Source: Deltaproteobacteria bacterium (GTDB lineage: Bacteria; Desulfobacterota; Dissulfuribacteria; Dissulfuribacterales; QOAL01). Taken from it: DNA of 45,690 nucleotides. Both the position numbers and the translations under genes were made by a program. The DNA is taken from contig WFZZ01000012.1 in assembly GCA_015489315.1 (NCBI GenBank), positions 1 through 45,690 of the forward strand, in the 5' to 3' direction. This document shows, piece after piece, positions 9,127 to 19,310 of this stretch (position 1 is the first letter of the stretch; each line of letters opens with the position of its first letter). A model generated the notes under the pieces. That model made no database searches, was not told where the DNA came from, and saw only the letters and a list, made by a program, of their open reading frames with translations.

Positions 9127-10375
9127 AATAGTCTTTGAGTGTCCAGGATCAAAAAGTATTACCCAGCGGGCCCTTATAGTTTCAAGTCTTTCAAATGGGG
9201 CATGCAGGCTTTTTACCCCTCTTGATAGCGAAGACACCCAGCTTTTACGAAATGGACTTAGGGCATTTGGAATTAACATTGATGATGGCACCCCTACATG
9301 GCTTATCGAAGGTTCAAAGGGAGTTCTAAAGGAGCCGCAAAAAGAAATTTTCATGGGAAATAATGGAACCGGCATAAGGTTTTTGATATCTTTTTCAGCG
9401 TTAGTGAAAGGAAGGACCATCTTAACAGGCAGTCCCAGGATGGAAGAAAGGCCAGCAGAACCCCTTTTAAAGGCTCTCAGACAAATTGGAGTAGATGCCA
9501 AAAGCATTAAAGGGACAGGATGCCCTCCCGTTGAAATAACATCAAATGGCCTTGAGGGTGGCGAGGTAACCCTTTCTGCAAGGGCAAGCAGTCAGTTTCT
9601 GTCTTCCCTTTTACTTGTTGCACCTTACGCCAGAAAACCTCTTACTATTGAACTAGATGGAGAGCTTGTCTCAAGACCCTATGTGGATATAACTCTTAGG
9701 GTAATGGAAGATTTCGGCATACACGTAAAGGAAGAAGGAAGTAGATTTATAGTACCACAAGGCATCTATCTGAAGGATGACTACACAATTGAAGCCGATG
9801 CCTCCAGCGCCTCCTATTTTTTTGGTGCTGCAGCAGTTACGGCCCATGCCATTAGAATAAAGAATCTTCCGCCAAATCCAATCCAGGGGGATGCCTCTTT
9901 TTGTGATATCTTATCAAAGATGGGCTGCAAGGTGCAAAAGGATAAAAATGGAACACTTGTAAAAGGCCCGGGGGCTGATGAGCTTTATGGCATAGAGATT
10001 GATATGTCCAAATGGCCGGACGTTGTTCCAACCCTTGCTGTTGTTGCTGCCTTTTCAAAGGGAAAAACCGTTATTAAAAATGTTGAGCACCTTCGGATTA
10101 AAGAGACAGACAGGATAAAGGCGGTTGTTACAGAACTTAATCGGATAGGATGTAAGGCAGAGGAGCTTCCGGATGGAATGGTAATCCATGGAAACCCAAA
10201 GGGTCTTAGGCCTGCAAAAATCAAAACCTATGATGACCACAGGATTGCCATGTCCTTTGCCATAGCAAAGCTACTTATTCCTGAAATATCCTTTGAAGAC
10301 AAGACGGTCGTAAAAAAGTCCTTCCCCAAATTTTGGGAATACTGGGAGAAACTGGAAAAGGAGCTTTCGAAATAA
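9119..10375 (+). CDS. aroA: EPSP synthase
   Basis: PGSKS..QR, SSQF.S, KETDRI, DDHRIAM, KSFP motifs. Confidence 0.96.
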   Translation: MHEIVFECPGSKSITQRALIVSSLSNGACRLFTPLDSEDTQLLRNGLRAFGINIDDGTPTWLIEGSKGVLKEPQKEIFMGNNGTGIRFLISFSALVKGRTILTGSPRMEERPAEPLLKALRQIGVDAKSIKGTGCPPVEITSNGLEGGEVTLSARASSQFLSSLLLVAPYARKPLTIELDGELVSRPYVDITLRVMEDFGIHVKEEGSRFIVPQGIYLKDDYTIEADASSASYFFGAAAVTAHAIRIKNLPPNPIQGDASFCDILSKMGCKVQKDKNGTLVKGPGADELYGIEIDMSKWPDVVPTLAVVAAFSKGKTVIKNVEHLRIKETDRIKAVVTELNRIGCKAEELPDGMVIHGNPKGLRPAKIKTYDDHRIAMSFAIAKLLIPEISFEDKTVVKKSFPKFWEYWEKLEKELSK

Positions 10376-10388
10376 TCCTTTAAAATCT

Positions 10389-10928
10389 ATGAAGAAAAAG
10401 GCTAAAAAGATACTTTTAATAGGTTACAGGGCTACAGGTAAGACTGCAGTTGGAAAAGAACTTTCAAGGGTACTTGGTTGCCCTTTTATTGACCTTGATC
10501 AAGTCATTGAAAGAGAGGCCTCAAAGACCATTTCTCAAATAGTCGAGGAGGAAGGCTGGGAAGGATTTAGGAAAAGGGAGGAAAAGGCCCTTAAAGAGGC
10601 CCTTGATAGACCCAAAAGGTTTGTTTTGGCTTGCGGTGGAGGGGCGGTTTTACATGAAGAAATAATGGAAGAATTCAAAAAAGGGGCTCTTATTGTCTGG
10701 TTAAAGGCACCCTTTGAAGTCATGATGAAAAGGCTTCTATCTGATTCAAAAAGTGCTACTATGCGTCCTTCTCTTACGGGTAAAAACCTTGAAGAGGAAA
10801 TTACAAAGACCTATGAAAAAAGGCGCCCCCTTTATGAGAAATTTTCCCATATCTCGGTTGATACTAATGAAAAAAGCCCATTTCAGATCGCTCAAGAGAT
10901 AAACGAGGCCCTTACCTATGCCTGGTAA
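10389..10928 (+). CDS. aroK: Shikimate kinase
   Basis: G..ATGKT P-loop, D.D, FR..E, GGG, RP.L, R..LY. Confidence 0.9.
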   Translation: MKKKAKKILLIGYRATGKTAVGKELSRVLGCPFIDLDQVIEREASKTISQIVEEEGWEGFRKREEKALKEALDRPKRFVLACGGGAVLHEEIMEEFKKGALIVWLKAPFEVMMKRLLSDSKSATMRPSLTGKNLEEEITKTYEKRRPLYEKFSHISVDTNEKSPFQIAQEINEALTYAW

Positions 10929-12024
10929 TACTTTTGGAAAGGCCTTTTCCGTTACTACCTGGGGAGAATCCCATGGTCCTGCCCTGGGGGCTGTCATTGA
11001 TGGGTGTCCGCCAAGACTTTCCCTCAATGAACAAATGATTCAAGAGGCCCTTGACAAAAGACGCCCTGGAAAAGGTGGGGCTACTGAAACTGCCAGAAAG
11101 GAACCTGACAAGGTACAGATACTTTCAGGTATCTTTGAAGGAAAAACTACAGGCACCCCAATAAGCCTTCTTATATGGAATAAGGATGCAAAAAGCAGGT
11201 CCTATGATGACATTAAGGATATCTTCAGACCAGGACATGGCGACTACACTTATTTTAAGCGCTTTGGCATAAGGGATTACAGGGGTGGAGGAAGATCTTC
11301 TGGAAGGGAGACGGCAGCCCGGGTAGCAGCAGGCGCCATTGCCCAAAGGGTATTGGACCTTTTGGACATAAAGGTCATTGCCTATACCATTAGTCTAGCA
11401 GGAATTGATGCAAAAAAGAAGAATCTGGAAGAAATTGATGAAAACAGGCTGTTTTGTCCTGACAATGAAGCAGCAAAAAGGATGGAAGAAAAGGCCTTAG
11501 AGATGAGAAAAAAGGGGGACTCTGTTGGAGGAATTGTTGAAGTAGTTGTTCAAAATGCCCCTTCAGGTCTTGGAGATCCTGTATTTGACAAACTGGATGC
11601 AGATATTGCAAAGGCCCTTATGTCTGTTGGTGCAGTAAAGGCCGTTGAAATCGGTTCGGGGCTAAAGGCCGCTTACACGACTGGAAGTGAAAATAATGAT
11701 CCGATAACGCCAGAAGGTTTTTCGAGCAATAATGCGGGTGGAATTCTCGCAGGGATTTCAAATGGAGAGTCAATAATTGCAAGGGCAGCAGTAAAACCCA
11801 TTCCTTCCATCTCAATTGAACAAGACACAATTGATACCTTAGGAAATCCGAGAAAGATAAAGGTCAGCGGAAGACATGACATTTCAGCCATACCGAGAAT
11901 TGTTCCTGTTTTAAAGGCCATGATGCAGCTTGTAATTGCTGATCACCTACTAAGACGTTTTCAACTTGAAATCACTAACAACTCCCTTTTGATAAAAGAT
12001 AGACAGGATGGAAGAATTGTTTAA
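10918..12024 (+). CDS. aroC: Chorismate synthase
   Basis: GESHG, RPGHGD, GGRSSGRETA.RVAAG, GRHD motifs. Confidence 0.97.
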   Translation: MPGNTFGKAFSVTTWGESHGPALGAVIDGCPPRLSLNEQMIQEALDKRRPGKGGATETARKEPDKVQILSGIFEGKTTGTPISLLIWNKDAKSRSYDDIKDIFRPGHGDYTYFKRFGIRDYRGGGRSSGRETAARVAAGAIAQRVLDLLDIKVIAYTISLAGIDAKKKNLEEIDENRLFCPDNEAAKRMEEKALEMRKKGDSVGGIVEVVVQNAPSGLGDPVFDKLDADIAKALMSVGAVKAVEIGSGLKAAYTTGSENNDPITPEGFSSNNAGGILAGISNGESIIARAAVKPIPSISIEQDTIDTLGNPRKIKVSGRHDISAIPRIVPVLKAMMQLVIADHLLRRFQLEITNNSLLIKDRQDGRIV

Positions 12025-12820
12025 ACCTCGTATTGGAATCATTGGCGGAAAAGGGCGAATGGGCCGCTGGTTTGAACGCCTTTTTAAAGACACTGGGCAT
12101 GAAGTCCTTATTTCAGATGTTGATACCGAACTTAAGGGAGAAGACCTTACAAAGGAATGCCATGTAATTATATTTGCCCTTCCAATGGAAGTATTTCCAC
12201 AGGTTGTAAAGGAACTCGGGCCCAAAATTCCTGAAGAGTCATTTATGACTGATATTTGTTCCCTTAAGGAAAAACAAGTTAAGGTGATGCTTGAAAATAG
12301 CGTCTGTGAGGTTTGCGGCACACACCCCCTTTTTGGCCCAGGTGAAAAGGATCTTAAAGGACTTAGGGTTGCCCTTTGTCCCTCTAGGGGACAAAGGTGG
12401 TACCAATGGTGGAAGGAATTTTTGATTGAAAACGGGGCCCTTGTTGCCGAGTTTACCCCTCAGGAACATGATAGAACCATGGCATGGGTCCAGGCCCTTA
12501 ACCATTTCATACTTCTTTGCCTTGGAAAGTCCCTTGAAGAAGATGGGATAAATTTCGAACATGTATTAAAACTTGCCACCCCAAGCTTTGAAAGACAATT
12601 GAATATAGTGGCAAGACTTTGTCTTCAGGATCCGGAGCTTTATGCAACCATTCAGCTTGGAAACCCATATACCAAAACTGCTGTAAATACCTTTACAAAA
12701 CATGCCAGGGATCTAAAAAAAATCTTGGATGGAGGTGACAGAGAGGGCTTTTTAAAGATATTTAAAGAGGTCCAAGAGCTAGGACCTACCCTTTTGAAAT
12801 ATTGTAGGAAAGGCCTTTAG
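12008..12820 (+). CDS. tyrA: Prephenate/arogenate dehydrogenase
   Basis: IIGG.G.MG Rossmann motif, D..S.K, HPLFGP, EHD..MA..Q.L.H. Confidence 0.88.
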   Translation: MEELFKPRIGIIGGKGRMGRWFERLFKDTGHEVLISDVDTELKGEDLTKECHVIIFALPMEVFPQVVKELGPKIPEESFMTDICSLKEKQVKVMLENSVCEVCGTHPLFGPGEKDLKGLRVALCPSRGQRWYQWWKEFLIENGALVAEFTPQEHDRTMAWVQALNHFILLCLGKSLEEDGINFEHVLKLATPSFERQLNIVARLCLQDPELYATIQLGNPYTKTAVNTFTKHARDLKKILDGGDREGFLKIFKEVQELGPTLLKYCRKGL

Positions 12821-12822
12821 TT

Positions 12823-13122
12823 GTGATTGAACTACCAAGTTATCTGAGCGAGACGAAAAAGGGAGTACTATTAAAACTTCACATACAACCAAAATCATCA
12901 AAGACAAAAATAAGTGGCCAATATGGAGATAGATTAAAGATTAGTATTAAAGCCCCACCAGTTGATGGAAAGGCAAATAAGGCCGTTCAAGATTTTTTAG
13001 CAAAGTTTTTTAATATTCCAAAGTCTAACATCGAACTAGTCTCTGGTTCAACTTCCAGAAAAAAGAATTTTTTAATAAAAAATTTATCCGTAAAAGAAAT
13101 AGTCAAACACTTTTCATTCTAA
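12823..13122 (+). CDS. DUF167 / YggU family protein
   Basis: QPKSSK...LKI...APPVDGKAN...F......I.L.SG..SR.K. Confidence 0.9.
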   Translation: MIELPSYLSETKKGVLLKLHIQPKSSKTKISGQYGDRLKISIKAPPVDGKANKAVQDFLAKFFNIPKSNIELVSGSTSRKKNFLIKNLSVKEIVKHFSF

Positions 13123-13147
13123 CCCCATCTTTAGTTTTCCTAATAAA

Positions 13148-13183
13148 ATACCGATCCTTTTTTAAGGAATTGGTATCTTTTTT
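13148..13183 (+). terminator. Putative intrinsic terminator after the aro cluster
   Basis: ATACCGATCCTT (13148-13159) / AAGGAATTGGTAT (13164-13176) imperfect stem followed by CTTTTTT. Confidence 0.5.
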
Positions 13184-13217
13184 GAATTACAAACGATAAA
13201 ATTTCTAGAGGTGATTT

Positions 13218-14432
13218 ATGCCAGTTTATATCTGGGTAGGAACAGATATTTCGGGAAAGGATGCAAAAGGGGAGATTGAAGCCAAGGATGAGCATACTGC
13301 TCGAATGCTACTTGCAAGAAAACGCATCCGTTTAAAAAAATTAAAGAAAAAGCCAAAAGACCTTTTAGAAAACATCTCCTTTTTGCAACCAAAGGTCAAA
13401 ACTAAGGACATTGTCATTTTTACCAGGCAACTATCAACCATGATAGATGCTGGATTGCCTTTAATTAAAGGACTTGAAATCCTTGCCTCCCAACAAGAAA
13501 ACCCTACCTTTAAAAAAATGCTGACACAAATAAAATCAGAGGTCGAAAGCGGTTCTACCTTTGCCGACGCCCTAAAGAAATATCCCAAACATTTCGACAG
13601 ACTCTATGTCAACATGGTTGCAGCAGGAGAAATTGGTGGAATCCTGGATGAGGTCCTCAGAAGGCTTGCTGACTATATGGAAAAGGCACAGGCCCTTAAG
13701 GCCAAGGTGAAAAGTGCCATGACCTATCCAACCATAGTCCTTGCTATTTCTGCAATAGTATTGAGTATTATCCTAATTTTTGTAATACCGACCTTTGCAA
13801 AAATGTTCAAGGACTTTGGGGCTGCCCTACCTTTGCCTACCCAAATAGTAATTAATATCAGCAACTTTTTAAAATCCTATTTCCTAGTAATAATTGGGTC
13901 TATCTTTGTATTTGTGATAATCTTTAAAAAATTTTATGGCACCGAAAAGGGACGATATATTGTGGATAAAGGACTTCTTAAGGCTCCAGTCTTTGGGCCA
14001 CTAATTAGAAAGGTATCTGTTGCTAAGTTTACTAGGACCCTGGGGACCTTAATCAATAGTGGAGTTCCAATAATTGAGGCGCTCAACGTTGCAGCCGGAA
14101 CTGCTGGCAATAAAATAGTAGAAGATGCCATTAAGGCAGTGAAGGCAAGCATAAGTGAAGGTCGCTCCATTGCCCAACCTTTAATGGAAAGTAATGTATT
14201 TCCAAATATGGTGGTCCAAATGATTTCGGTTGGTGAAGCAACAGGTGCCCTTGATGCAATGCTAAGTAAAATTGCCGACTTTTATGACCAAGAAGTTGAT
14301 GCAGCAGTCGATGCCCTTACCAGCATGATTGAACCCTTTATGATTGTATTTTTAGGTGGTACAATTGGTTCAATCATTATTGCCATGTATCTGCCTATCT
14401 TTAAGATGGCATCTGTGGTAGGGGGAGGTTAA
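13218..14432 (+). CDS. pilC: Type IV pilus inner-membrane platform protein (T2SS F family)
   Basis: FTRQLSTMI.AG.P, AGE.GG.L, SAMTYP, VGE.TG.LD.ML, IEP, AMYLPIF. Confidence 0.92.
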   Translation: MPVYIWVGTDISGKDAKGEIEAKDEHTARMLLARKRIRLKKLKKKPKDLLENISFLQPKVKTKDIVIFTRQLSTMIDAGLPLIKGLEILASQQENPTFKKMLTQIKSEVESGSTFADALKKYPKHFDRLYVNMVAAGEIGGILDEVLRRLADYMEKAQALKAKVKSAMTYPTIVLAISAIVLSIILIFVIPTFAKMFKDFGAALPLPTQIVINISNFLKSYFLVIIGSIFVFVIIFKKFYGTEKGRYIVDKGLLKAPVFGPLIRKVSVAKFTRTLGTLINSGVPIIEALNVAAGTAGNKIVEDAIKAVKASISEGRSIAQPLMESNVFPNMVVQMISVGEATGALDAMLSKIADFYDQEVDAAVDALTSMIEPFMIVFLGGTIGSIIIAMYLPIFKMASVVGGG

Positions 14433-14434
14433 GA

Positions 14435-16276
14435 CTGCCTGAAAAAAGACTTTTTCCAATCCACTTTGTAGGGGCAGGCCCTGGAGATCCTGAACTTCTG
14501 ACCATTAAGGCACAAAAACTCCTTAAGGCCGCTGATACCATCATCTATACTGGAAGTCTTGTTCCTGAAGATGTCTTGAAAGGCCTTACAGGTAAAATCT
14601 ATAACTCCGCCCACATGACCCTTGATGAAGTAACTTCAATACTAATTGAGGATTACCATAAAGGGAAAAGGGTTGTAAGGCTTCATACAGGCGACCCCAC
14701 CATTTATAGTGCAATTGGCGAACAAATAAGCATCCTAAAAGAAAAAGACATCCCATTTAAAGTAATTCCAGGAGTTACTGCTGGCCTTGCTGCAGCCTCA
14801 AGCCTTGGATGTGAACTTACAATTCCAGGAGTAAGCCAGACTGTTATCATTAGTAGGATCGCTGGAAGAACACCTGTTCCAGAAACGGAGGACATTTCTA
14901 TCCTTTCAAGGATAAGGGCATCTCTAATACTGTATTTAAGTATATCAAAGATTGATAAAGTCGTAGAAAGGCTCCTTTCCGGCTATGATGTAAAAACCCC
15001 TGTTGCAGTTGTTAAAAAGGCTACATGGCCATCGGAACGCATAATCAGAGGAACATTGTCTAATATTTCCAAGAAGGTTAAAGAGGCAGGTATCAAAAGA
15101 CATGCTGTAATAGTTGTGGGCGAAGCCCTTAGAGGAATTACTGACCTTCAAAAACAGGCCTCTAAACTTTATAGCAGATACTTTTCACATGGTTTTAGAA
15201 AGGGTATCGATTTTGATAAAAAAGTATTAAGGGCCTTTTCGAAAAATGAAGACAAAAAGAATTTAACAATAATCTTTCTCGGAGAAAAAGGAAAAAGGAT
15301 TTCAGAAAAAATTAAAAAGGGGCTTTATAAAAAATGCGAAAAAGTAGATGTAATTTCTTATGAAATATTTAAAAAAGACATTACAAAATTTTGGGAAGAC
15401 TCTCGTGCTCTGGTCTTTATCGCCTCTTGCGGCGTGGTCATTAGAACTATTTCAGCCCAGTTAAAAGACAAACTTCAAGACCCTGCGGTTATTTGTATTG
15501 CCGAATCAGGGAAAAATGTCATATCCCTTCTTTCAGGCCACATTGGAGGGGCAAACAGCCTTGCCATTGAAATTTCAAAAATACTTGATGCAGTTCCTGT
15601 TATAACCACTAGCTCTGACACATCTTTCAAGCTTCCATTTGATCTATGGTGTAAGTCTCAGGGGCTTATACCCACTAATTTAAGACTATTAAAAGATGTC
15701 CAGGCAAAAATAAGAAATGGGGAAAAAATAAAGGTATTCATTGAAGAAATTTTGGATGTCAATGACCTTCCAAGTGAGCTAAAAAAGGTTAAAAAAAAGG
15801 AAGAGGCGAATGTCATAATAAGCCCTTTTTTAAATGAAATAGACAGAAGGCTCCTTGTTGTTCCGAGACTATTTTGTCTTGGAGTAGGTTGCCATAAAGG
15901 TATGGAGCCAAGACTTCTTTTTGAAAGATGCCTTGATTTTCTTGATAAAAACGGAATCCATCTCTATAGCATAAAAAAGGTTACCACTATAGATAAAAAA
16001 GGGGATGAACCTGCCATAATTGAACTTTCGAGGGAGCTTTTGGCAGACCTTAAGATCTTTAAAAAGGAAGAAATAAATGAAGTCAAGGGCCTTGAGATAT
16101 CCAAGGCTGCTCAAAGGGCACTTGGCGCAATTGGCGTATCAGAGCCTTCTTCTATCCTTTGTTCCAAGGGCGGAAATTTATTGGTCAAAAAATTTAAATA
16201 TCCTGATTGCACCTTTGCCATATCATTGGAAAAATTTTCAATATCAACAAAAATCACTTGCTACCCTAAGACGTAG
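14435..16276 (+). CDS. cobM: Precorrin-4 C11-methyltransferase (CobM/CbiF) fused to CbiG; inferred CTG start
   Basis: Frame is open 47 codons upstream of the TTG at 14576 and encodes HFVGAGPGDPELLTIK...IIYTGSLV; then GDP.IY and PGVTA; CbiG part DPAV...VISLLSGH.GGAN, TT.SD, GVGC. Confidence 0.88.
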   Translation: MPEKRLFPIHFVGAGPGDPELLTIKAQKLLKAADTIIYTGSLVPEDVLKGLTGKIYNSAHMTLDEVTSILIEDYHKGKRVVRLHTGDPTIYSAIGEQISILKEKDIPFKVIPGVTAGLAAASSLGCELTIPGVSQTVIISRIAGRTPVPETEDISILSRIRASLILYLSISKIDKVVERLLSGYDVKTPVAVVKKATWPSERIIRGTLSNISKKVKEAGIKRHAVIVVGEALRGITDLQKQASKLYSRYFSHGFRKGIDFDKKVLRAFSKNEDKKNLTIIFLGEKGKRISEKIKKGLYKKCEKVDVISYEIFKKDITKFWEDSRALVFIASCGVVIRTISAQLKDKLQDPAVICIAESGKNVISLLSGHIGGANSLAIEISKILDAVPVITTSSDTSFKLPFDLWCKSQGLIPTNLRLLKDVQAKIRNGEKIKVFIEEILDVNDLPSELKKVKKKEEANVIISPFLNEIDRRLLVVPRLFCLGVGCHKGMEPRLLFERCLDFLDKNGIHLYSIKKVTTIDKKGDEPAIIELSRELLADLKIFKKEEINEVKGLEISKAAQRALGAIGVSEPSSILCSKGGNLLVKKFKYPDCTFAISLEKFSISTKITCYPKT

Positions 16277-16380
16277 TGGGATAACTATTAGATTTCATTT
16301 TTTTGTAATGACTTCCCTTTCTTAACACAACGATCTTTCTCTTCAAACATCTACTTGTTGCCCATTTTTATGCACTGAAC

Positions 16381-19293
16381 CTAAAATATTTCTCCCAATT
16401 TTTCCTTCCATCTTAAGGGAAGCCTTACAAGCTGCTTTTCCTTATTTTTAAAAAGTAAAAAGCCTCTATTTAAGCCGAACAGAAAAAGGTCTCTGGTGAG
16501 TTTTACATCCATCTTACAATAATCTATTATCTTCCTAATCTTTCCTTCCTTCCACCACTTAAGGGCCAAAAGGCCATTTGCGGATTTTTGAGAGCCAAGG
16601 GTGCAAGATGAAAGGCTATCCAGGGAAAGTCTGTAGCCAAGCCTTTTGTTTACATCTTCCAAAATGTCAAGGGTTGGAAGGGACCAAAAATCCATGTCTG
16701 AATATGCGGAAAGCACCCTGTAATCAAATCTTTTGATATTAAAGCCGATCACCAGATCTATTTTATTCAAAAGATTAAAGAGAAAGGGAAGCTGGTCTTC
16801 CAAAAAAGTAACATAGCTTTTGGTCTTCGAATCATAGAGGACTGCACAGCTTACTCTCATTCTTTCTGCCCACTGCCAGCCGCCAACCTCTCTTGCCGAA
16901 AGCTGGGTCTCTAAATCAAGGACTCCAAAACGCACATTTTTTAAAAATTCACCCAGAGGGAACTCTCTTTTATCTGAAAAGCTTTTTTCACTCCTATCTT
17001 CAATTTCAAAAGTTTTCGCCCTTTTTATTCTGATTTCAGGGGATTTTAACATCTTCAAAACAAAAATGGCGCAGGATTTATCAATGGGCCTGTTTCCTGA
17101 GCCACATTTTGGTGAATGAACACAGGAAGGGCATCCGTTTTCACATTTGCAGCCCTTGATGGTATTGTAAGTAAGTGCCAAAAGCTCCTTTCCCTGGCTA
17201 AAGGCCTGACCTGTAAGCCCCACTCCTCCTGGTACACCATCATATATAAAGATGGAAGGGGCCTGGGTCTGGTGATGAAAGGTAGTTGATATACCTCCAA
17301 GATCATTTCTGTCACATAAGACCAAAAGTGGCATGATTCCAATAATTGCATGTTCTATGGCATGGATACCACCCATAAAATGAAGGTATCTGGACTCCAC
17401 CTTTTTCTTTATCTCATAAGGAATCAAAAACCACATGCCCTCTGTCTCAAATCTCTGTGGAGGAAGATCAAGATCCACCCGATTTATAAGCCTCTGGCCA
17501 CGAATGTGTCTAATGTCATAGCCTATTACCTGATCTGTTATGAGAAGCCTTCCCCAAAAGCACTCTGTTCCATAAAGCCTGCCCCTTTTTCTTATCTCAA
17601 TAATCTCTGTGCTCTTTTCTGCCCTGATCCTAGTGAAATAGTCAACATTAACCTCCTTAACCAGAACTTGCCTTGTTTCAATATCAAGGTCCAAAACCCT
17701 ATATGTCTTGCCCATGTGAAGGTAAATGGCACCCGGGTGTGTCTCCCTAAAGGCCCTGTAGCCATCAACAGTCCCTATGGTCCTTCCATCCTCTTTGTCG
17801 ATTATCTGAAAACCCTTGCCTGTACCGCGAAGATCCACCTCCCTGTGGGGATATCTTCTCATAGTAACAAATCTTTCCCGATCTTCGGTTTCAAAGAGTC
17901 TCCCCTTGTCAATAAGTCGTTTAAGATGAACCCTAATATCCTTTTCCCTTAATAGTGCCTCTTTTTTATGAATTGGTATTTCAGATGCTGCACAGATAAG
18001 ATGCTTTTCAACCACGCTTTTATTGTGGATGTTTATAACCGCCTTTTCAGATGGCCTTTCAATTAACTCCTTTGGATTTTCCATAAAATACTTGTCAAGG
18101 GCATCTTGCCCAGAAACAAGTATTACAGCAGACTCCCTTGCGCTTCTTCCAACCCTTCCGCTTCTTTGCCTGAGAGACATCAGGGTCCCTGGATAACCTA
18201 CAAGGATGCAAAGATCAAGAAGACCGATATCAATCCCGAGCTCAAGGGCACTAGTAGAAATTACTGTCAAAAGTTCACCACTGGAAAGGCTTTCCTCGAT
18301 CTGTCTTCTTTCCTGTGGAAGAAAGCCTGCCCTGTAGGAACATATCTTTTCAGCCATATCTCCTGCCCTCTGTTTTACCCAGAGTCCTATAAGCTCGGTA
18401 AGCTTTCTTGACTGGGTGTAACATATGGTCCTGAGCTTCCGCTTAAGGGCTGCCAGAATGAGTTGAACTGCCACCTGAGCCGAGCCTTGTCCCTGTGGAT
18501 CAACCAGAATAAGATGCCTTTTCCCCTGAGGTCCTCCTGATTCATCAATCACATAAAAATCAAGGCCGGTCAGCTCCCTTGAAAGGTGACCAGGGTTACC
18601 AATGGTAGCAGAGCTAAGTATAAAGGTTGGATTTATCCCATAATAATCGGTTATGCGTTTTAGCCTTCTAAAAACCCATCCCATGTTGCTTCCCATTATG
18701 CCCCGGTAGGTATGGACTTCATCAATGACGATGTATTCAAGATTTTTCCAAAAACCCGACCATTTCTGATGAAAGGGCAAAAGGGAAAGATGAAGCATAT
18801 CAGGATTTGTAAAAAGGCAATTTGGAACCTGATCTCTTATCTTTGTGCGTCTATAACTTGAAGTATCACCATCATAGATTTCTGCCCTTGGCGCATCTTT
18901 ATTAAAAACCCTATCCATCAGGTTTCTAAGCCCCTTTAACTGATCCTGTGCAAGGGCTTTTAAAGGGAAAAGGTAAAGGGCCGTGGAATCTGGCCGTTTG
19001 AGTATGGACTCAATGATAGGTATGTTATAAACAAGGGTCTTTCCACTTGCAGTTGGTGTTGCAATTACAATATTTTCCCCGGACATCACGAAGTCTATGG
19101 CCTTTGCCTGATGACTAAAAAGCCTTTTTATCCCAAGGGAGTTAAGGGCTTCCAAAAGTTCCTTTGAAAGTTTGTGCCTGGGGATTAAAAATTTGGGGGA
19201 TCTTTCTGGTTCAAGATGTGCGTAACAAATAAGCCTTCCAAAGGTCTTTGATGCCTTAAAGGAAGATATATACTCAGAGACCTTTCCAGCCAT
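16381..19293 (-). CDS. DEAD/DEAH helicase with DUF1998 (MrfA/YprA-like) fused to a C-terminal DEDD/RNase_H_2 exonuclease
   Basis: TPTASGKT, DEVH, SAT, ELGIDIG, QRSGRVGR, C.C..GCPSC; C-terminal DLET...GFN...FD...YC..DV. Confidence 0.88.
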   Translation of the reverse strand: MAGKVSEYISSFKASKTFGRLICYAHLEPERSPKFLIPRHKLSKELLEALNSLGIKRLFSHQAKAIDFVMSGENIVIATPTASGKTLVYNIPIIESILKRPDSTALYLFPLKALAQDQLKGLRNLMDRVFNKDAPRAEIYDGDTSSYRRTKIRDQVPNCLFTNPDMLHLSLLPFHQKWSGFWKNLEYIVIDEVHTYRGIMGSNMGWVFRRLKRITDYYGINPTFILSSATIGNPGHLSRELTGLDFYVIDESGGPQGKRHLILVDPQGQGSAQVAVQLILAALKRKLRTICYTQSRKLTELIGLWVKQRAGDMAEKICSYRAGFLPQERRQIEESLSSGELLTVISTSALELGIDIGLLDLCILVGYPGTLMSLRQRSGRVGRSARESAVILVSGQDALDKYFMENPKELIERPSEKAVINIHNKSVVEKHLICAASEIPIHKKEALLREKDIRVHLKRLIDKGRLFETEDRERFVTMRRYPHREVDLRGTGKGFQIIDKEDGRTIGTVDGYRAFRETHPGAIYLHMGKTYRVLDLDIETRQVLVKEVNVDYFTRIRAEKSTEIIEIRKRGRLYGTECFWGRLLITDQVIGYDIRHIRGQRLINRVDLDLPPQRFETEGMWFLIPYEIKKKVESRYLHFMGGIHAIEHAIIGIMPLLVLCDRNDLGGISTTFHHQTQAPSIFIYDGVPGGVGLTGQAFSQGKELLALTYNTIKGCKCENGCPSCVHSPKCGSGNRPIDKSCAIFVLKMLKSPEIRIKRAKTFEIEDRSEKSFSDKREFPLGEFLKNVRFGVLDLETQLSAREVGGWQWAERMRVSCAVLYDSKTKSYVTFLEDQLPFLFNLLNKIDLVIGFNIKRFDYRVLSAYSDMDFWSLPTLDILEDVNKRLGYRLSLDSLSSCTLGSQKSANGLLALKWWKEGKIRKIIDYCKMDVKLTRDLFLFGLNRGFLLFKNKEKQLVRLPLRWKEKLGEIF

Positions 19294-19310
19294 TTAAAAA
19301 TTCTAAAAAT

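Noticed and set aside
13170-13186. TGGTAT-N5-TTGA as a sigma54 promoter for pilC
   Set aside because: The -12 element lacks the conserved GC, and the sequence is already explained as a terminator arm.
16277-16380. Short minus-strand ORF (MFEEKDRC..., 20 aa) between the convergent cobM and helicase genes
   Set aside because: Too short, no RBS, no motif.
16381-19293. DUF1998 helicase as a DISARM/Druantia defence system
   Set aside because: No partner defence genes; it sits at the end of a housekeeping run.
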